Shown here piece after piece: positions 43,277 through 56,884 of a stretch of 64,000 bases of DNA. The stretch is from Marsupella aquatica. Taxonomy: Eukaryota > Plantae > Marchantiophyta. The notes beneath the pieces are model-generated. The model worked only from the letters and a program-made list of their open reading frames with translations. It made no database searches and was not told the DNA's origin. The first letter of the stretch is position 1, and the number at the start of each line of letters is the position of its first letter. Location: contig OZ316896.1 of the NCBI GenBank assembly GCA_973895155.1, forward strand, positions 1,488,001 through 1,552,000, written 5' to 3'. The translations under genes and the position numbers were made by a program.

Positions 43277-46200
43277 ATGGCGCCTGAAATTGACAAAGAA
43301 ACACTGAAGCAGTGGCACAAGGCTCTGGCTGCAGAGAACTGTCGCGAGGTCAAGAAGCTGCTGGAAAAGGAGAAACGACTTCTGAACGAAATATGGGATC
43401 CGAACGGACAATCATCCATCCGGCTCAATCTTCGAGATGGCTCGAAGGGGCGCACTGCGTTGCACGTCGCAACAAAAAGAGGCGCTGTTAAATTAGTGGA
43501 GAAGATTTTGTCTCTGGCCGTAGACGGAACACATGAAGCACTGGTCTTTGACCAAGGAGCATCGTCCGGTTTGACCAACTTACATGATCTCTTAAGAATA
43601 GTAGACGGGCGCTATGATCTGGATGCACTGGCAATGGCAGTCGTCAATGGCAACAAGAGAATTGTGTACTTACTGACAAAAGCAAGTCTGCGATGTGAAT
43701 CTAATCCTTACGACATTGCTGAGGATGAACATGGTGAAACCATGGCACGCCAAGAGCATGAGGATGGTGAATTCATGCCACGCCAAGCTGGCATTGATGG
43801 AGGATCAGCTCCAAATGAGATGGATTACGTGACTATGACGCCGGAGATGCTTCAGATTGGAAGGGGCGAAGACAGGGGAGGACCAGCTGCAAACGAGGTG
43901 GACTCCACGTCTACATTATCGGATGTGATTCAGCTGGTATTGAGCGAAGAGAGCGACGATTCTCGAACTACAATAGAGCAAATGTATTATCGGCACTGCC
44001 ACTTCAACTTCCTTCCAATATCACTGTATCTCTTTCACTTCACGTTTGCCACATGGCCGTCGACCTATAGGCAGAGACATCTCATAGAGGGAGTTCAAAT
44101 AAAAATCTTTTCTCGAGTCTATAAAATAGACCGTCTGAGGGTCCGACTGTTTTACGGGTTGCGGGACGGGCTAGGGAGACCGCCATTGCATGTTGCAGTG
44201 GATTCTAACACGGTCTATAAATTTCTTCTCCTCGAGAAAATTGCAGAAAGAGATTTTCCAGATCTCGCCATGAGTCGAGTCTGGACCGATATTCTCAACG
44301 TAAAGGATAGTGCCGGCAGGACACCTCTGTTTCGCGCCGCTGCAAAGAATCGAATTTTCGTTGTAGGTGTGCTCCTGGCGGATAGTAGGGTCAATCTACA
44401 TGCAGGACTACAATCTCATGTAAATGAATGGGCCGAAGGTCTTGATATAGACAAATTGTCATGGAGGAGTGATTTCAAGAGTGATTCTGTGTTCGTTGCA
44501 GATGATTTGATTTCCAGACTAGGCTTCTCCGTGACTTGGTCTGCCACCAAGTTTTGGTCAGTTTCGCCTTTGATAGAGATATCTACTAGCCCTCTACACG
44601 TTGCGATAATTCACAAGCACGAAAAAATCGTGGAGATGATCGTGGAAAAGCTGCTTCAAACGCCCGTTACAGATAGAGTTCGCACAAAACTCTGCGGCCG
44701 TCGAGTAACTTGGCCAGTTGCAAGTGAAACATCATCCTTTGAAATTGAAGTCGCTCAGCCGGAGGCGGGTCTTCCATCAACCTCTGAAGTTCGAGCCATT
44801 CGGATGCCTTTTTCAAAGTATGCCACGACAACGATACAACTCGCGGTATTAGTGGGCAGTGCACCCGTCCTGCAAATACTGCTGAAGGTGATCATCCATT
44901 TTGTATACTTTGACTTGTCCGCGAGCCTTCTGCACTTACAAAGCTTAATTGACCATTTTGTATCGTCATTGACAGTCAACGTAGATCCCTTCTTTAGGAG
45001 GGAACTTTACTAGAGCATGTACAATTTGGAGACCCCGAGTAATAGGCAGTCAATAATGTATGCGCACTTCTCATCTCATCTTTCGGTATGAAAGAGTCTT
45101 GAATCTCACCAAATAACATCAGGGAAGAAAAATCTATTGGTAGTACCCTGTAGTAGCGGAAGATGTCACTTCTCAGTTCTCACTTGTGCAGATTGTCCAG
45201 GGCTCAAACTAAACCTAAACGTTCATGAAAATTGTATGACATCTACTGTGCGCTGTTTACTTTACGCTAAACTAGGACAGCTTAGAAATAGCCATATCAA
45301 ACAGCATGAATGATTGAATAAATGTTACAGATCAATCCTACTGATTTAAATGATGTCATAAGTCCTCGTCCAAAACTACATTCAACACACAACTCTGATT
45401 TCCATGGAGCGGTTTTGCTGTGCATATTGCAACGAGAGTTGTTTCGAGATTGGTTTGGTTTCGACGACATAATTCTGAAAATGAGATTCGTGTTTTGAAC
45501 TGTGTTTCTACCAGGCGCAGGAGAAGAGACCGGAACTTTTTAGTTGGGACCTTATTGAGGAAGACTTGCCCAGTTTTCTTTTGGCTGCAGCTACTGGAAA
45601 ACCTGGCACCATCAAAGCATTCCTCAACAGTCAGGAAGGAAAGTTTGATCCCAGCAAAAGAGATTGGTACATGAACACAGCTTTGCACCATGCACTCAGG
45701 GGAAGCGATGCCAAAGTTCATCCTCATTTGTTAGACTTTGTTGGCTGCGACCACGTTTTTAAGTTTCGATGGGAGAGTGCTGATCGTTTATCTTCTTGGG
45801 TAGCCAATTCACATGGAAGAAGAAAACTGAGACGAGATGCAGAGAAGGAAAACCAAGGTCAGCGTGAAGCATCCATTCTTCTGTTATTGCAAGCGGGAGT
45901 TGATATTTTGGCACAGAATAAGCTTTTGCAGACAGCAAGCCCAGTACCTGATGCACCGCAAGAGTTTGTGAAGTGGTGGTACGAGAAGGAGGTACAGGAG
46001 ATACAGCAAATGCAAAAGAGCCTAAATGATGCAGCAAATGCAATTTCAGTGACTGCGGCTCTAGTGGCCACTGCCTCTTTTGTGGGACCATTGCAACCTC
46101 CACTTAACTACGGCGGAGATCCTGTGGGCCTGCAATTAGAAGATTTATCTGTGAGAATCTTCATTGTGTGTGACACCCTCTCTTTTTATTTCGCCTTGGC

Positions 46201-46621
46201 TGCAATCATGTTGGCTCTCCTCCCAGCGCTTTCTAAGCCACAACAACCCGCCTTCAAATTGTTGGTACGAACTAGACGCCTTGTCGCTGGAGCTGTGGCC
46301 TTTCTCTTCCCATCCATCGTTTGCGTGCTTATAGCTTTTGGTGCAGGTTCTATTGCAGTAGTCCGAGAAGGTGGATTTTCTAGTCATTACCTCACTATTA
46401 TGACCGCTGTTGTAGGCGGAAGTTTTTGCCTCCGCACGATAATTTCGTTTATGGATGGATTCCTGGACGTTCTAACAACTTTGATATCTAACAAGAACTT
46501 AAATTTAGGCACGTTCTTCTCGCAGTTATTCCTACTTGATTATGTATTATCCATCTACGCCTGGTTCAAAGGAAGGTCAGACGAGTGCTGCAGTTACAGA
46601 AAATCCGCGGACCTCGAATGA
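43277..46621 (+). CDS. Ankyrin-repeat, PGG-domain multipass membrane protein (ACD6/ITN1-like), 2 exons, ~905 aa
   Basis: Exon 1 43277-44887 (GRTALHVATKRG, GRPPLHVAV, GRTPLFRAAA, SPLHVAIIHKH; donor AAG|GTGATC). Exon 2 45515-46621 (CCAG|GCG, in phase; NTALHHA, ISVTAALVATASFVGPLQPPLNY, then 4-5 TM helices). Confidence 0.85.
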
Positions 46622-47453
46622 TGCCTACATATCGCATCAACCAATCAAACTATCAACTATCAACTATCTATGATGGACCCAATGAAGGAATCCCGCTTGA
46701 TCAAGGACCCACTGCCAGGACCTGAACACTGGCTCTGAAGAAGTGTGCTGCTCCAATTTGTAAATTACTTGTTTAGTTGCCTTCTTCTGAGGCCCAGTTT
46801 CGTTCCACCGGTCTTATTTAGCGCCACAACCTTCGGTCCTTTGGGGTGCTGCCCCCTGACTGGGCTCCCCTCTTTGTATGCTGGCTATTTGAATGGAATT
46901 CATTTGGTTATGTCGAGGCAAACCAAAGTGAGTCCTACGGGTGACTCATTGTTGGTGGCTGAAAGAAGACCGAGTTGACTGTAAATTGCCATGATGAGTC
47001 TATGGGAGATTTCTTGGCAATTAATATGGTCAATATTTTGGAGTACTGCATTTCCTGGACGAGTCTCTGTAAGATATCTTTCAAATTAATAATCGCATAC
47101 TTTGTATCGCGCGGCGACCCGATCTAGAATGTGACCATGTCTTACTTCATGCAGGGAAATTGTAGTCGATCCAAATTGTTGTTGCCAGCTCTGCACGACC
47201 TGCAATCTTAATTGTTTTTTACGGTTCTCAGAGGACAGCTACAGCTGCATAAGGCAGTCGAAATGAATGGAAAAGCTCAACCATTCGGCACAGTTTCTTT
47301 TTATCTCTCCGCCTCTCTGGCTTGGTTTCTTACCCTTGAGGGCGCTGATTAAAATAAATGTCTAGTGGATCACCGGATCTTTCTCATGGGACGAATGGAC
47401 TTAATGAATTGATAGACATGTGCGGGTCACTTTAGAACACTGCACAAGTTGTT

Positions 47454-47553
47454 TTGCTTTTCACAAGTCTGAAATGGAGCGGCAACACAGGCATACTGCA
47501 TTCTTGCTTTTCACAAGTCTGAAATGGAGCGGCAACACAGGCATACTGCATTC
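47454..47553. repeat. Exact 50-bp tandem duplication
   Basis: ttgcttttcacaagtctgaaatggagcggcaacacaggcatactgcattc x2. Confidence 0.9.
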
Positions 47554-47724
47554 ATCTTACTGATCCTCAAGAAAAGGAAATAGCACAAGCATCGCAGCGT
47601 CATTATTTCCATCTAGAAACATCATATGTGAATGTAGAGGCACAGAACAGAGCACAATTTCTGGATGACGCACACAACGTATTCTTTATGGGTTCTGTGA
47701 CTTCTATATTGGAAAGAAATGATC

Positions 47725-50700
47725 TCACACAGTTTGAGTCAATGGCACTGTCTCATCCACTATGTCAGGGGTCTGACTTGAATTTGTCTCTGTTGAATGC
47801 CAGCCATGAGAAGATAAGACCTTCCTACGTTGGAATTTCCAAACTACTAGTTTAACCAGCTCTATCCAGCAGGTCCCCACTATGCATAATAGTATTATGA
47901 GGAGCCAGTGCTTTCCTGATAGTGACACTAGTCCTAGATTCCTTCGAACAAACTGGGACATGCCAATGACAGTTGACAAAACAGCGGTTACTAATAACCA
48001 TGCTAGCATTCCCAAGTTCGAGAAGAGGCCCTTTCGTATCACCGGTTCTCGGAAAGTTCTCAAGTTAAACGCCATCAAAACTTGCACATAAAGCCACGTA
48101 AGAAAAGCGCTGGTCTGCGCAGTTTGCGGATCATGGTGGACTGCCAATATGAAACTTGCAAGGACAGTTGTGCACATTGTTGCGGCTGAAACCAATATCC
48201 CTGTCATCAGTTCAGAATCGAAGAATCTCTGCGAAGGGTGCCGAGGTTTTCTCTTCATGATATCATTGTCACTAGGTTCCATGAGGAACGAAGAGCTTGC
48301 TCCCAAGTCCATAAAAAGTTCTAACAAAATGATCTGAATTGCAGAAAGAGGACCCCTGCAAGAGCTCAGACAATTGAAATGTGAGGGGGTTGTTTTGGAA
48401 ACAGGATAGATCCACAATGTGGTATAATTAACGCTTAAGGCATACCGTCTGGAAGTGTGGCAGCTTTGAGCTGTTTTCGATGTAACTATCAGTCTGTCAA
48501 TTATTGAATCCTCCAGAGAGAAACACAGCAATCTACAGAGATTTGAAACCCATCCCATCTGATGAGCTGAACTGGAGGAATGGTTTGAGTTACTCACCTG
48601 TCCCACAGGGTTCCAGAGACGAAAAGAAGAATGAGACCAGTCTTTGCACCCAAGTAGAAGGCAAGGGCCTTGCGTAGGTTATCCAACAGTCTCCGGCCTT
48701 CCGCCAGTGAAACCGGAATCATGCTGAAGTTGTCATCCATTAGTACAATCGCTGCAGCTTCACGTGCCACGTCTGTACCTTTCCCCATAGCAACACCAAC
48801 GTCTGCTTGTGCCAAAATCGGGGAATCATTGACACCTGCAGTGCATCACAAGCCCATGCTCTCTATACATCAGTCAGCTCTGCAGCTACTCTTTCTGATA
48901 TCTAGAAAAAGAGTGCGCTACTGCATGCATGCATCCAATGTACAGATGGGCCACTTTCAATGAAGAAGACTTGTTCGTGCTTCTGTGACTTCGGTCAACA
49001 GCTACCCTCATTCCAAACCGAAAGAATCAGCCAAAAGAATTGAACTCCAAGTTCTCCAGGATGTCACAATAACTTCAACAAAGTTGTGATGGTCCCCATT
49101 TCGCACTTTACGAAGAAAAACAGTTTCTTTCATGCTTACCGTCGCCAGTTGCCATTACGCATTTGCCATGGCTCTGCAAAGCTTTCAGGATCGAAAGCTT
49201 GTCTGCTGGAGTTGCCCTTGCAAAAACGCTTTTATTGATAACAATGTCCTGCTGTTCCTCTTGCAGCATGTGGGAAAGTTGGATATCTGTGCAGGAGACG
49301 GCTGTATCGCATGAATTTAAATATTGCTCAACAGGTATAATACCCGCCTGTTGAGCCACCGCAACAGCAGTTTTCACGTGATCACCTGTAACCATGATAA
49401 CTCTGACCCCAGCCTCCTGGCATTGCAAAACTGATGCAGCAGCTTCAGTGCGGACTCTATCCAGAAACGAAAAGAAACCCAAAAATGTTCCACCTTCCAT
49501 AGCTTCCCCTGGATTGCATATAAGTTCGCTACTCGTTCCCTCGAAATATTGGTAAGCATAACCAATCAATCGATACCCTGCCCAGAAAAGCAAAAAAACT
49601 TAAGAAGCCACCGCATGTTCGAACCGAACAGAAAAATTTGTAGTCAATATGTGACAATTCAAGAACGATATGGTCAAAGCAACAAGTCCAGTTTGCTACA
49701 ATGAAATATGACGTTATGGTTGCACGTGACGTTTTATTCAGCACGCCAATTTCGAAGATCAGAGACACGACGAGTGTGAAAAATGAACCTTGAGAGGCTG
49801 CTTCTGCCACTTGCTCCTCAATTTTTTGCCGTACAGTGCTAATAGGGACTGCAACACCATTCTCCATGGCATAAGAACAGCGCTTTAGAAGCAGCTCGGG
49901 TGCTCCCTTCATATAAATGACTTGCACTTTCGTATTCGGGTCAGAAAATTCTGCTCTGTGAGCATGAGTGGTAGGACAACAAAGAATTTAGTAGCATAAA
50001 ACTAAGTTCGGCTCAACTGCCCTCAAACAACATCTGACAAGCGTACTCATCATAGCAAAGGTGCATCAAGAAAACAAAGACATAGAAACAGTCATGCAGC
50101 CTCTTCCAAGAATATTGCTAAGAAGGGCCTCTTAACTTCAAACTTACAGGTTATTATTCTTCAACAGGTTTGGAGTGATTTGAAATGTTCGCGAGGAATA
50201 CTTTAACGTAGGATCAAATGGTGCCTCTTCCACAAACTTGGAAACAGTTTTCGTTTTGTACACCCTTTCCAAGTAATGTTTGATGTTGGGATTTGAAGCC
50301 AAAAGTCCATGACCGGAAGGGCCTCCAAGGAAACATACGCTGGAGCCAAGTGCAAATAAAACAGCTCGATCGAACGTGTCAGCATCGACTTTGTGAGGCG
50401 AAGCATCGGCTTCATCGTCTGAATCTCTTACTTCTGACTCTTGCTCGACATTCAGTTTCACATCGTCGTCATCATCACTAAGTCCTTCGTGGATTAAGTG
50501 TTGACCTGGAGACGAAATGCCTTCAACGTCTTCAAGATCATCTCCAATATCTGTCATGAAAAGCCATGCCTCAAATACCTTCTCCAACCCAACAGAGTCC
50601 AAAGTTCTACGAAATGATAACGGCCTGCTTCGAATTTCGTATTTCTCCGTACCAAGATGAGCCGAATGCCAAAACAACCAATTTTCAGTGAGAGTACCCG

Positions 50701-52818
50701 TCTTATCAGTCAAGATAGTATCAATAAAACCCAAGTTTTCTGCTGCTCTGAGCTTCTTCACATACATAAATCGTTTAGACAAAGCTTGGGCCCCTACCGC
50801 TAACACTGCAGCGATAAGAATTGGCAGTTCTTCAGGTATTGTAGCAAAGGCCAAGCTGAGTCCGGAGAGTATAGCATCTTGCCATTTTGTGCCCTTCCAC
50901 AATCCCAAAAGAGCTCCCGTTAGACTCATGATTAAAGCGAGAATAGTCAGCCTATAAGCCATCGCCTTCATTACAGATTGCAACTTGGTCTTCTTCTCCT
51001 TACTTTTGTGGGTAAGGTCCAGTATTTGTCCTAGATAAGTAGACGCGCCGGTCTGATAAACCACCCCAATACCCCTGCCACGCGTAACTAAGCTGCCTGC
51101 TAAAGCAACATTTAGTCGATCCAGCAAAGAAGATTCTTCAGGAAGCAATTGAGAAGGATCTTTTGGTACTGGTGTAGACTCTCCAGTCAGCTTCGACTCA
51201 TCGAGATGCAAGAAATAAGAACGGATGAGTCTAAGATCCGCAGGCACCTCCTGCAGCAGTAAAGGGAACCTTAAGTACTCACATGATTCGTATGGAGGTA
51301 GAAGCAATCAGTGCTAAGAGCAAAACCAGTATCATGAGGGTGATAAGATTCCAACATCCCAAAGATCACCATCAATGCACAAGATTGTCTTAAACTTGAG
51401 ATTATTAATTTGCAAATCGCATCATCCTCCATGCAACAATATTTGGAGTTGTAAATGCACATTATATTGACCATGCCCTTCTATGAATATGCCTTGCACG
51501 TGCTCAATATCCGAACATAAGTGCCAGCAGACTATTGCCCCTGCCGATGTTCAGCCAATCCTTCATTTGCTGTTCTTGAGAGAAGTAGAAAAGATAAAAA
51601 GCATTGTTGCTGAAAATATCTTCAGGATAATAAAAATTGCGCGTTGATTGTAATAAGCTAGGTAACCTCAACCGAAGGCTTGCTTACAACATGGTACACA
51701 GATCACCTCATTCGGCATTGGAGCAAAATGTTTGTTCTCCGGAAGCAACATATGGAGCAGTCAAAGAGTCGTGACATTTTGAAGCTCAACTCGGTGATAT
51801 GAAGGTCTTACCATTCCCACTCTTAGTACCACAATATCTCCCGGAACCAACCAGCGGGCGTCCAATCTTTGGGATTGACCCTCCCTTTTGACTGTTGCTG
51901 CTGGTGGACTGGAATGTTGCAAACTATTCAAGGCTCGCTTGGCCCGCCACTCCGTCCCTACCTCCGCTGAGGCCATCAAAATTATAACGACAAAAGCAGT
52001 GACGGCTTCTTCCAGGCTTCCAAACATGAGATAGAGAATCCCAACGCAGAGAAGCAGCAGCTAACCAAACAAAACAGGAGCTGAGGAGAAGTTAGTACAA
52101 TCCACCCGTCCAAAAGAACCTTGGAAGGCAATTGAGTTTCTCACATTTCACGATATTCTATCCACTTGGATCATGTAACCCCAAAGTGAAAACACACTAA
52201 TTGTATAATTCTAATCACAATCCAAGTGAACCCTAAACTCTCGTTGACAGGTGAGGATGAATTTACCTGAGTGGGTTCGTATATCTCTTTGACGAAGAAA
52301 CTCCAATAGCCAGGCTCACTACGGATCACTGTCTCATTCGCTCCGTACTTAGAATACCGAGCTTCAGCTTCCGCTTCTGACAGTCCTACTCGATCGGAGA
52401 CACTCAAATCAGCACACAGTTGCTCTGCAGCCATAGCCCAAACCTTCCTTTCCTCCACAAGCTGCACTTTTTTGATGTCCTTCTTTTTACCCTTGGCTAT
52501 CCTCTTGTTCAAAATTGGAATCATGAGCAGGAAAAACAGGATCCCTGCACCAGTGATCCCTACGAATAAGTTCGGCAAGGACTCTGGACTGACCTGGGTT
52601 ACAACTCCTCCTATTCCAATTCCAATTAAAACCACAGCGAAGAACATTCCTGCTACTGGCGCTACAAGGTTCTGCCATGGTTTCGTGTTGCCTCCCAACT
52701 TTCCGGAGTCCAGCCAGTCTTCTCTTCTCTCCAAGGACCCGGCTCGTTCCATCTCCACCTTTTTCCTGATCAATCGGTCCGACCCTATGTTGTCTTCAGA
52801 AATTCCAGTTCTTTTCAT
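47725..52818 (-). CDS. Type-II cation-transporting P-type ATPase, prokaryote-like, 7 exons
   Basis: Exons ~52818-52267 ([17 protein letters not shown]), 52060-51812 (LVPGDIV), 51250-50148 ([29 protein letters not shown]), 49955-49789 (KGAPE), 49578-49140 ([21 protein letters not shown]), 48835-48598 ([27 protein letters not shown]), 48356-47725 (TM6-TM10). Confidence 0.93.
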
Positions 52819-55244
52819 TCAATGAAGAAACAGCATACAGCGAGGTGGTCACAAGAGAGTGCTCTTCCGGCCACCACCATAATTATCATCCCGGTCCATT
52901 TTCTTCACTTCAGAGGCGAACTTCAAGCAAGGTCTTCCTCTTCTCACTCTCTGGTTTTCAGAATTGAACCACAAGATGTCTGATCTCCAGCTACGCCAAT
53001 TGTTCTGCTTTTCAATCCTTCAATTGATCGACCTCGTTCTTATGTTTGTCCCTTGAATTGGTCTTTGCGCAGGTGCCAAAACGCCAATTCCAGAGAAAAA
53101 CAACAGTCACGGCGATGGTGGCTGCGATGATGCTGCCGAACAGTCATTGGCGTCGATGACATCAATGGCGCGAATGCTGCAGCACAAAACTGCACGACCA
53201 CAAGCTCAGGACAGAAGGCTGGCTTCACACGAAATGTTCATTTTCATCTCCATTCTCTTTGATATAGTCCGCATATACAGAAAGAGAAAAACCCCACATG
53301 AAATGCTCATTTTCATGTTGTTCCCTCGATAAAGTTCATGAGTCTAAAGGGAAGAAGTGTCTACACACTATAATATCCAATTCACTATTGTGGCAAGCAT
53401 CCAATTCACTATTGTGGCACATACGAATTGTCATCTGGGCTGGAATAAATCCTACAGTAGTAGTTCACTGAAAATATATTTTTCCATCACCGTTCTATCT
53501 GCCGAAAACACCCTCCCTGCCTCATTGTGTGCCCTCCACCCCGCAAAATGCCTCACCATTGCTAATTGTGCAACACAGGGGCATTGGGCTTATACTAGCC
53601 ATAAATATACAAAGAGAAAAACCTTGGCATGGATTTAAGTATACTAGCGTAAGTGCCCAGTTCCTTGAAAGGCAAGGACATTCAAGCTGCATCATTTTAA
53701 AAAACTCACCATACCCTCAATCTGTGTTTTCCACTTACACCCCCAACTTCAGTTACTCCCCAAGAGTCATAGTCTATGGCTTCACTCTAGCCCGTAGGCC
53801 CCAAAGAGTAATTTTTGATCATGAGGATATATCTAAATAGTAATTACCTGTTTCCAGTGGACACTGGACTCTAATGCCAAACATATGAGGGCTTTCCCCA
53901 AGTTTTGAGGGGTTATTGGCCCAGTAACAAGGAGGTAGTAGACTATAATACGCAAATTTTTCACTCCTACTATTTTTATGCTGTTTTACCTTTCTCCACG
54001 TAGAAGACAAACCCAAACGTCATAAAAGTTCAGATTTTACTTTATTACCGAGAGAAAGGTAGAGGACAAATTTCAAAAATGCCCTTAAAAGAGAAAGCCA
54101 TTCTCCCCTCCCACCCATTGTTCGAGAAAAAAGTTCAGAAGTATACAAAGAGAAATATCGAGCAAGGATTTAGGATCAAGGCCAAAACGCACCAACTAAT
54201 TAAAAAGGGCCAAACAAGGTGCATTGGAGTAAAGCCAAGACAGTCCACCATGCATAAGTGCAATGTGGATAAGTGCATTCGAGGGAGTAGCGCAGGCAGG
54301 TCATGTAGTCCACTACGATTACAGGTTTAATCCTTTGTACATGTACTTATCTCGACCATCACTAAATGGCAGATAATAAGTGCATTTTAGTCTATAAGTG
54401 TACAAATGCATGAGCTCAGTTACAACCAAGGTTGGGCAACTTTTTGCATTTAGTTACTGGGCTTAGTCAACCCTCAGTCACAACAAGGCCTTCCAGTAAG
54501 GGAAGGAGATGCTGTAACTGCAAGTGTCTGAGATCAAGCTCAGTTAACCATCTTCTTGCGCTTATCAAACATTGCAATTTTTCAATAAATGCGATAAATT
54601 GACCAAGTTGAAGGCGTACCTCAGGTACGAACCTCATACAAATCGAGTTTTTCTTAGTTCCCGAAAATTCAATTGTTTCGGACAGTATTTTAAAATCTGC
54701 ATTTGAGTCTTGGGGAGGATGGCTTTGCTACCCCAACTATTTGAACTTTTAGTTCTCTCGCTGAGTATAGGTTGAGCTGGTGCTCGTTATTGTTGGCACA
54801 AAATACAAACAGGAAGAATTTTTCCTTCCAGTGACGATATTCATCAAATTCAGACCCTTGGAGCAGTAGAGGTCTGACATGGCACTTGATCAGAATTGAA
54901 GCACTCGTTGTGGAGAGTGCTGTATTTCTGTCCACATACCGTACAATTTGGGTAGGCTATGACTGAGAGTGCACTCATACTCAGAAACCGAAAATCATAG
55001 AGAACAAGTTGTATCCTTCCGCACATGGACGATGGTCTTCACAATCAAACGATCTGCTACCTTGAATCTGCTTCTTGTACACCCATTTATGGGGCAAAGA
55101 CGGGAAATTGGGTACAAATACGGAATTGTCGAACTATAATCTCAAGGTGGGGGGGGGGGGGGGGGAATGCTCATCAATCATAAACAAATGTTTGCTCTAC
55201 TCGAACATTCTCTTGCAATGACCGGAGACATGAGAAATGAAATA

Positions 55245-56766
55245 TTATTTGCACTTTCTGCGTTTTCTATAATGTACATTTGATAAAGAGTTCTCAACCT
55301 GAGCTTCCTCTTCACAAGGGACTTCACGAACATACAGGTACCTGAGATCTTGCACTTGGGAACCAAAAACTGGATGCCTGTACATAGTTGGTAAAGCAGT
55401 TCTGTCTTGCGGAAGATTACCTACGGATACAAACGCTACCGATACTTCACCAGAGTTGTGAATGGAAAGAAATGCAACACATCTAGGAAGTTTGAATCGT
55501 CTTGGACCTGCACTTCCCGCTGCACAACCGACCTTCAATTAATAACCAGACAAATAGGCAGCTCTAAAAACATTATCTCATGGAACTCTGAAGAAAACTT
55601 CCTTTCGTGCACTGTAACTCAAGCCTGCAGCTCAATGTGAGAAAGACGGATAAATTCAGGGAAAGCTAGGTCAACCGAATATCAGAGAACTTACGATTGA
55701 TGTATATAGTTTGATCATGATTCTGTACTCCTGGAACATGAGAATGTCCAAACACCACAATATCCGGTGCTTCAGATTTTATTAAGTCCTGGGACTCTGG
55801 TGTATTCTCCGGTGGAAATCCACAGATGTGTCTGGTACAATTCGAACCATCTAGATGAGACACCAATCCTGAAGGGCTAGATTCTACACAATCATCTTGG
55901 GAATCCACTCTTCTAGACACACCTTACTGGAATATCATGTGCTAACCTACTCATTCAACAGCGGAGTAAATGTAACTGCTTACATGACAATTATCTTCTT
56001 TCCGCCAATGTTTAAGCTCTGCCATCGTGCCAACTCTGTAAATCTGAGATCATCAAGGAAGAACAAAATGTTTACACCGGTCCACATTTCTCTTTTATTA
56101 TGTCAAACACGACCTTCTTCCCTAGATGGACAAAGCAGATAGCATAAGCTATCAAGATCACCGGAGAAGAGTTGGGTCTCTTTCGATTCTGACCAGCTTA
56201 CCCTTGGTCGACGTTGCCAGCTACTGATATAATTTTCTTCCCGGTCTCTTCTGCAAGTTTCGCTATGACCTGCTCTGCAGATAGACGACTTTTGTACCTC
56301 GTGTCACCAACATCACCTGCAAATTTTAAAGGTTATTCGATCGTAATCTCAGCTTCAGCCAAGCAGGGGGTTACATGTAGGCAGTAAGAGAACAAGCTGA
56401 TTGGATAAAGGATTTAGTAGTTCAGTGCCCCGAGAGGTAGGCGATCGATACCTCTCAATTCTATGGGAAAAGCACCATTGGCCTGAGTCCATGAGCATGA
56501 TCACGGGCTAATTCATCGATGATCTTCAGTGAATTAAAAGTTCCTCCTTACCAAGGCTTATGGTTGTTCCCAAAAACATTATTGCAATTGCTTTAGAGAA
56601 GAGGCTCCTGATTTGGTGCATGTTGGTCACCTGCATGAATAATTGTGTCCGTTGCTCGGCGGAGAGTCAATATGGTGGCCTCGTCGAGTACACCATGTGT
56701 GTCTGCAACCAGGCCTACTACATTAACCTCGCCACCGTCGTCTTCTGATACCGGTGTCTGGTGCAT
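55245..56766 (-). CDS. Calcineurin-like metallophosphoesterase, YfcE/MJ0936 type, 5 exons
   Basis: ATG 56766. Exons ~56766-56631 (VGLVADTHG...IIHAG), 56316-56202 (DVGD...VAGNVD), 56035-55984, 55831-55695 (HICG...VFGHSH...YIN), 55519-55245 (PGSAGPRRFKLPR). All five metal-binding motifs present. Confidence 0.88.
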
Positions 56767-56884
56767 CAAACCAAGTCAGCAAGAAGAGAAAATGATCGAC
56801 TAGTACCTGATGGACCTTTTCAGTGGAGTTGATTAGAGAGATAAAATGGTTGGACGACTAAATGTTGAAAAAAGGGAGGATTCC

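Noticed and set aside
44888-45013. Ankyrin gene ending at the ORF-track stop 45013
   Set aside because: Read-through into the intron; donor at 44887 and in-phase acceptor at 45514 join it to the PGG exon.
55148-55165. Poly-G tract as a G-quadruplex regulatory element
   Set aside because: Simple homopolymer like those at 16884 and 42552; length is error-prone and nothing supports a function.
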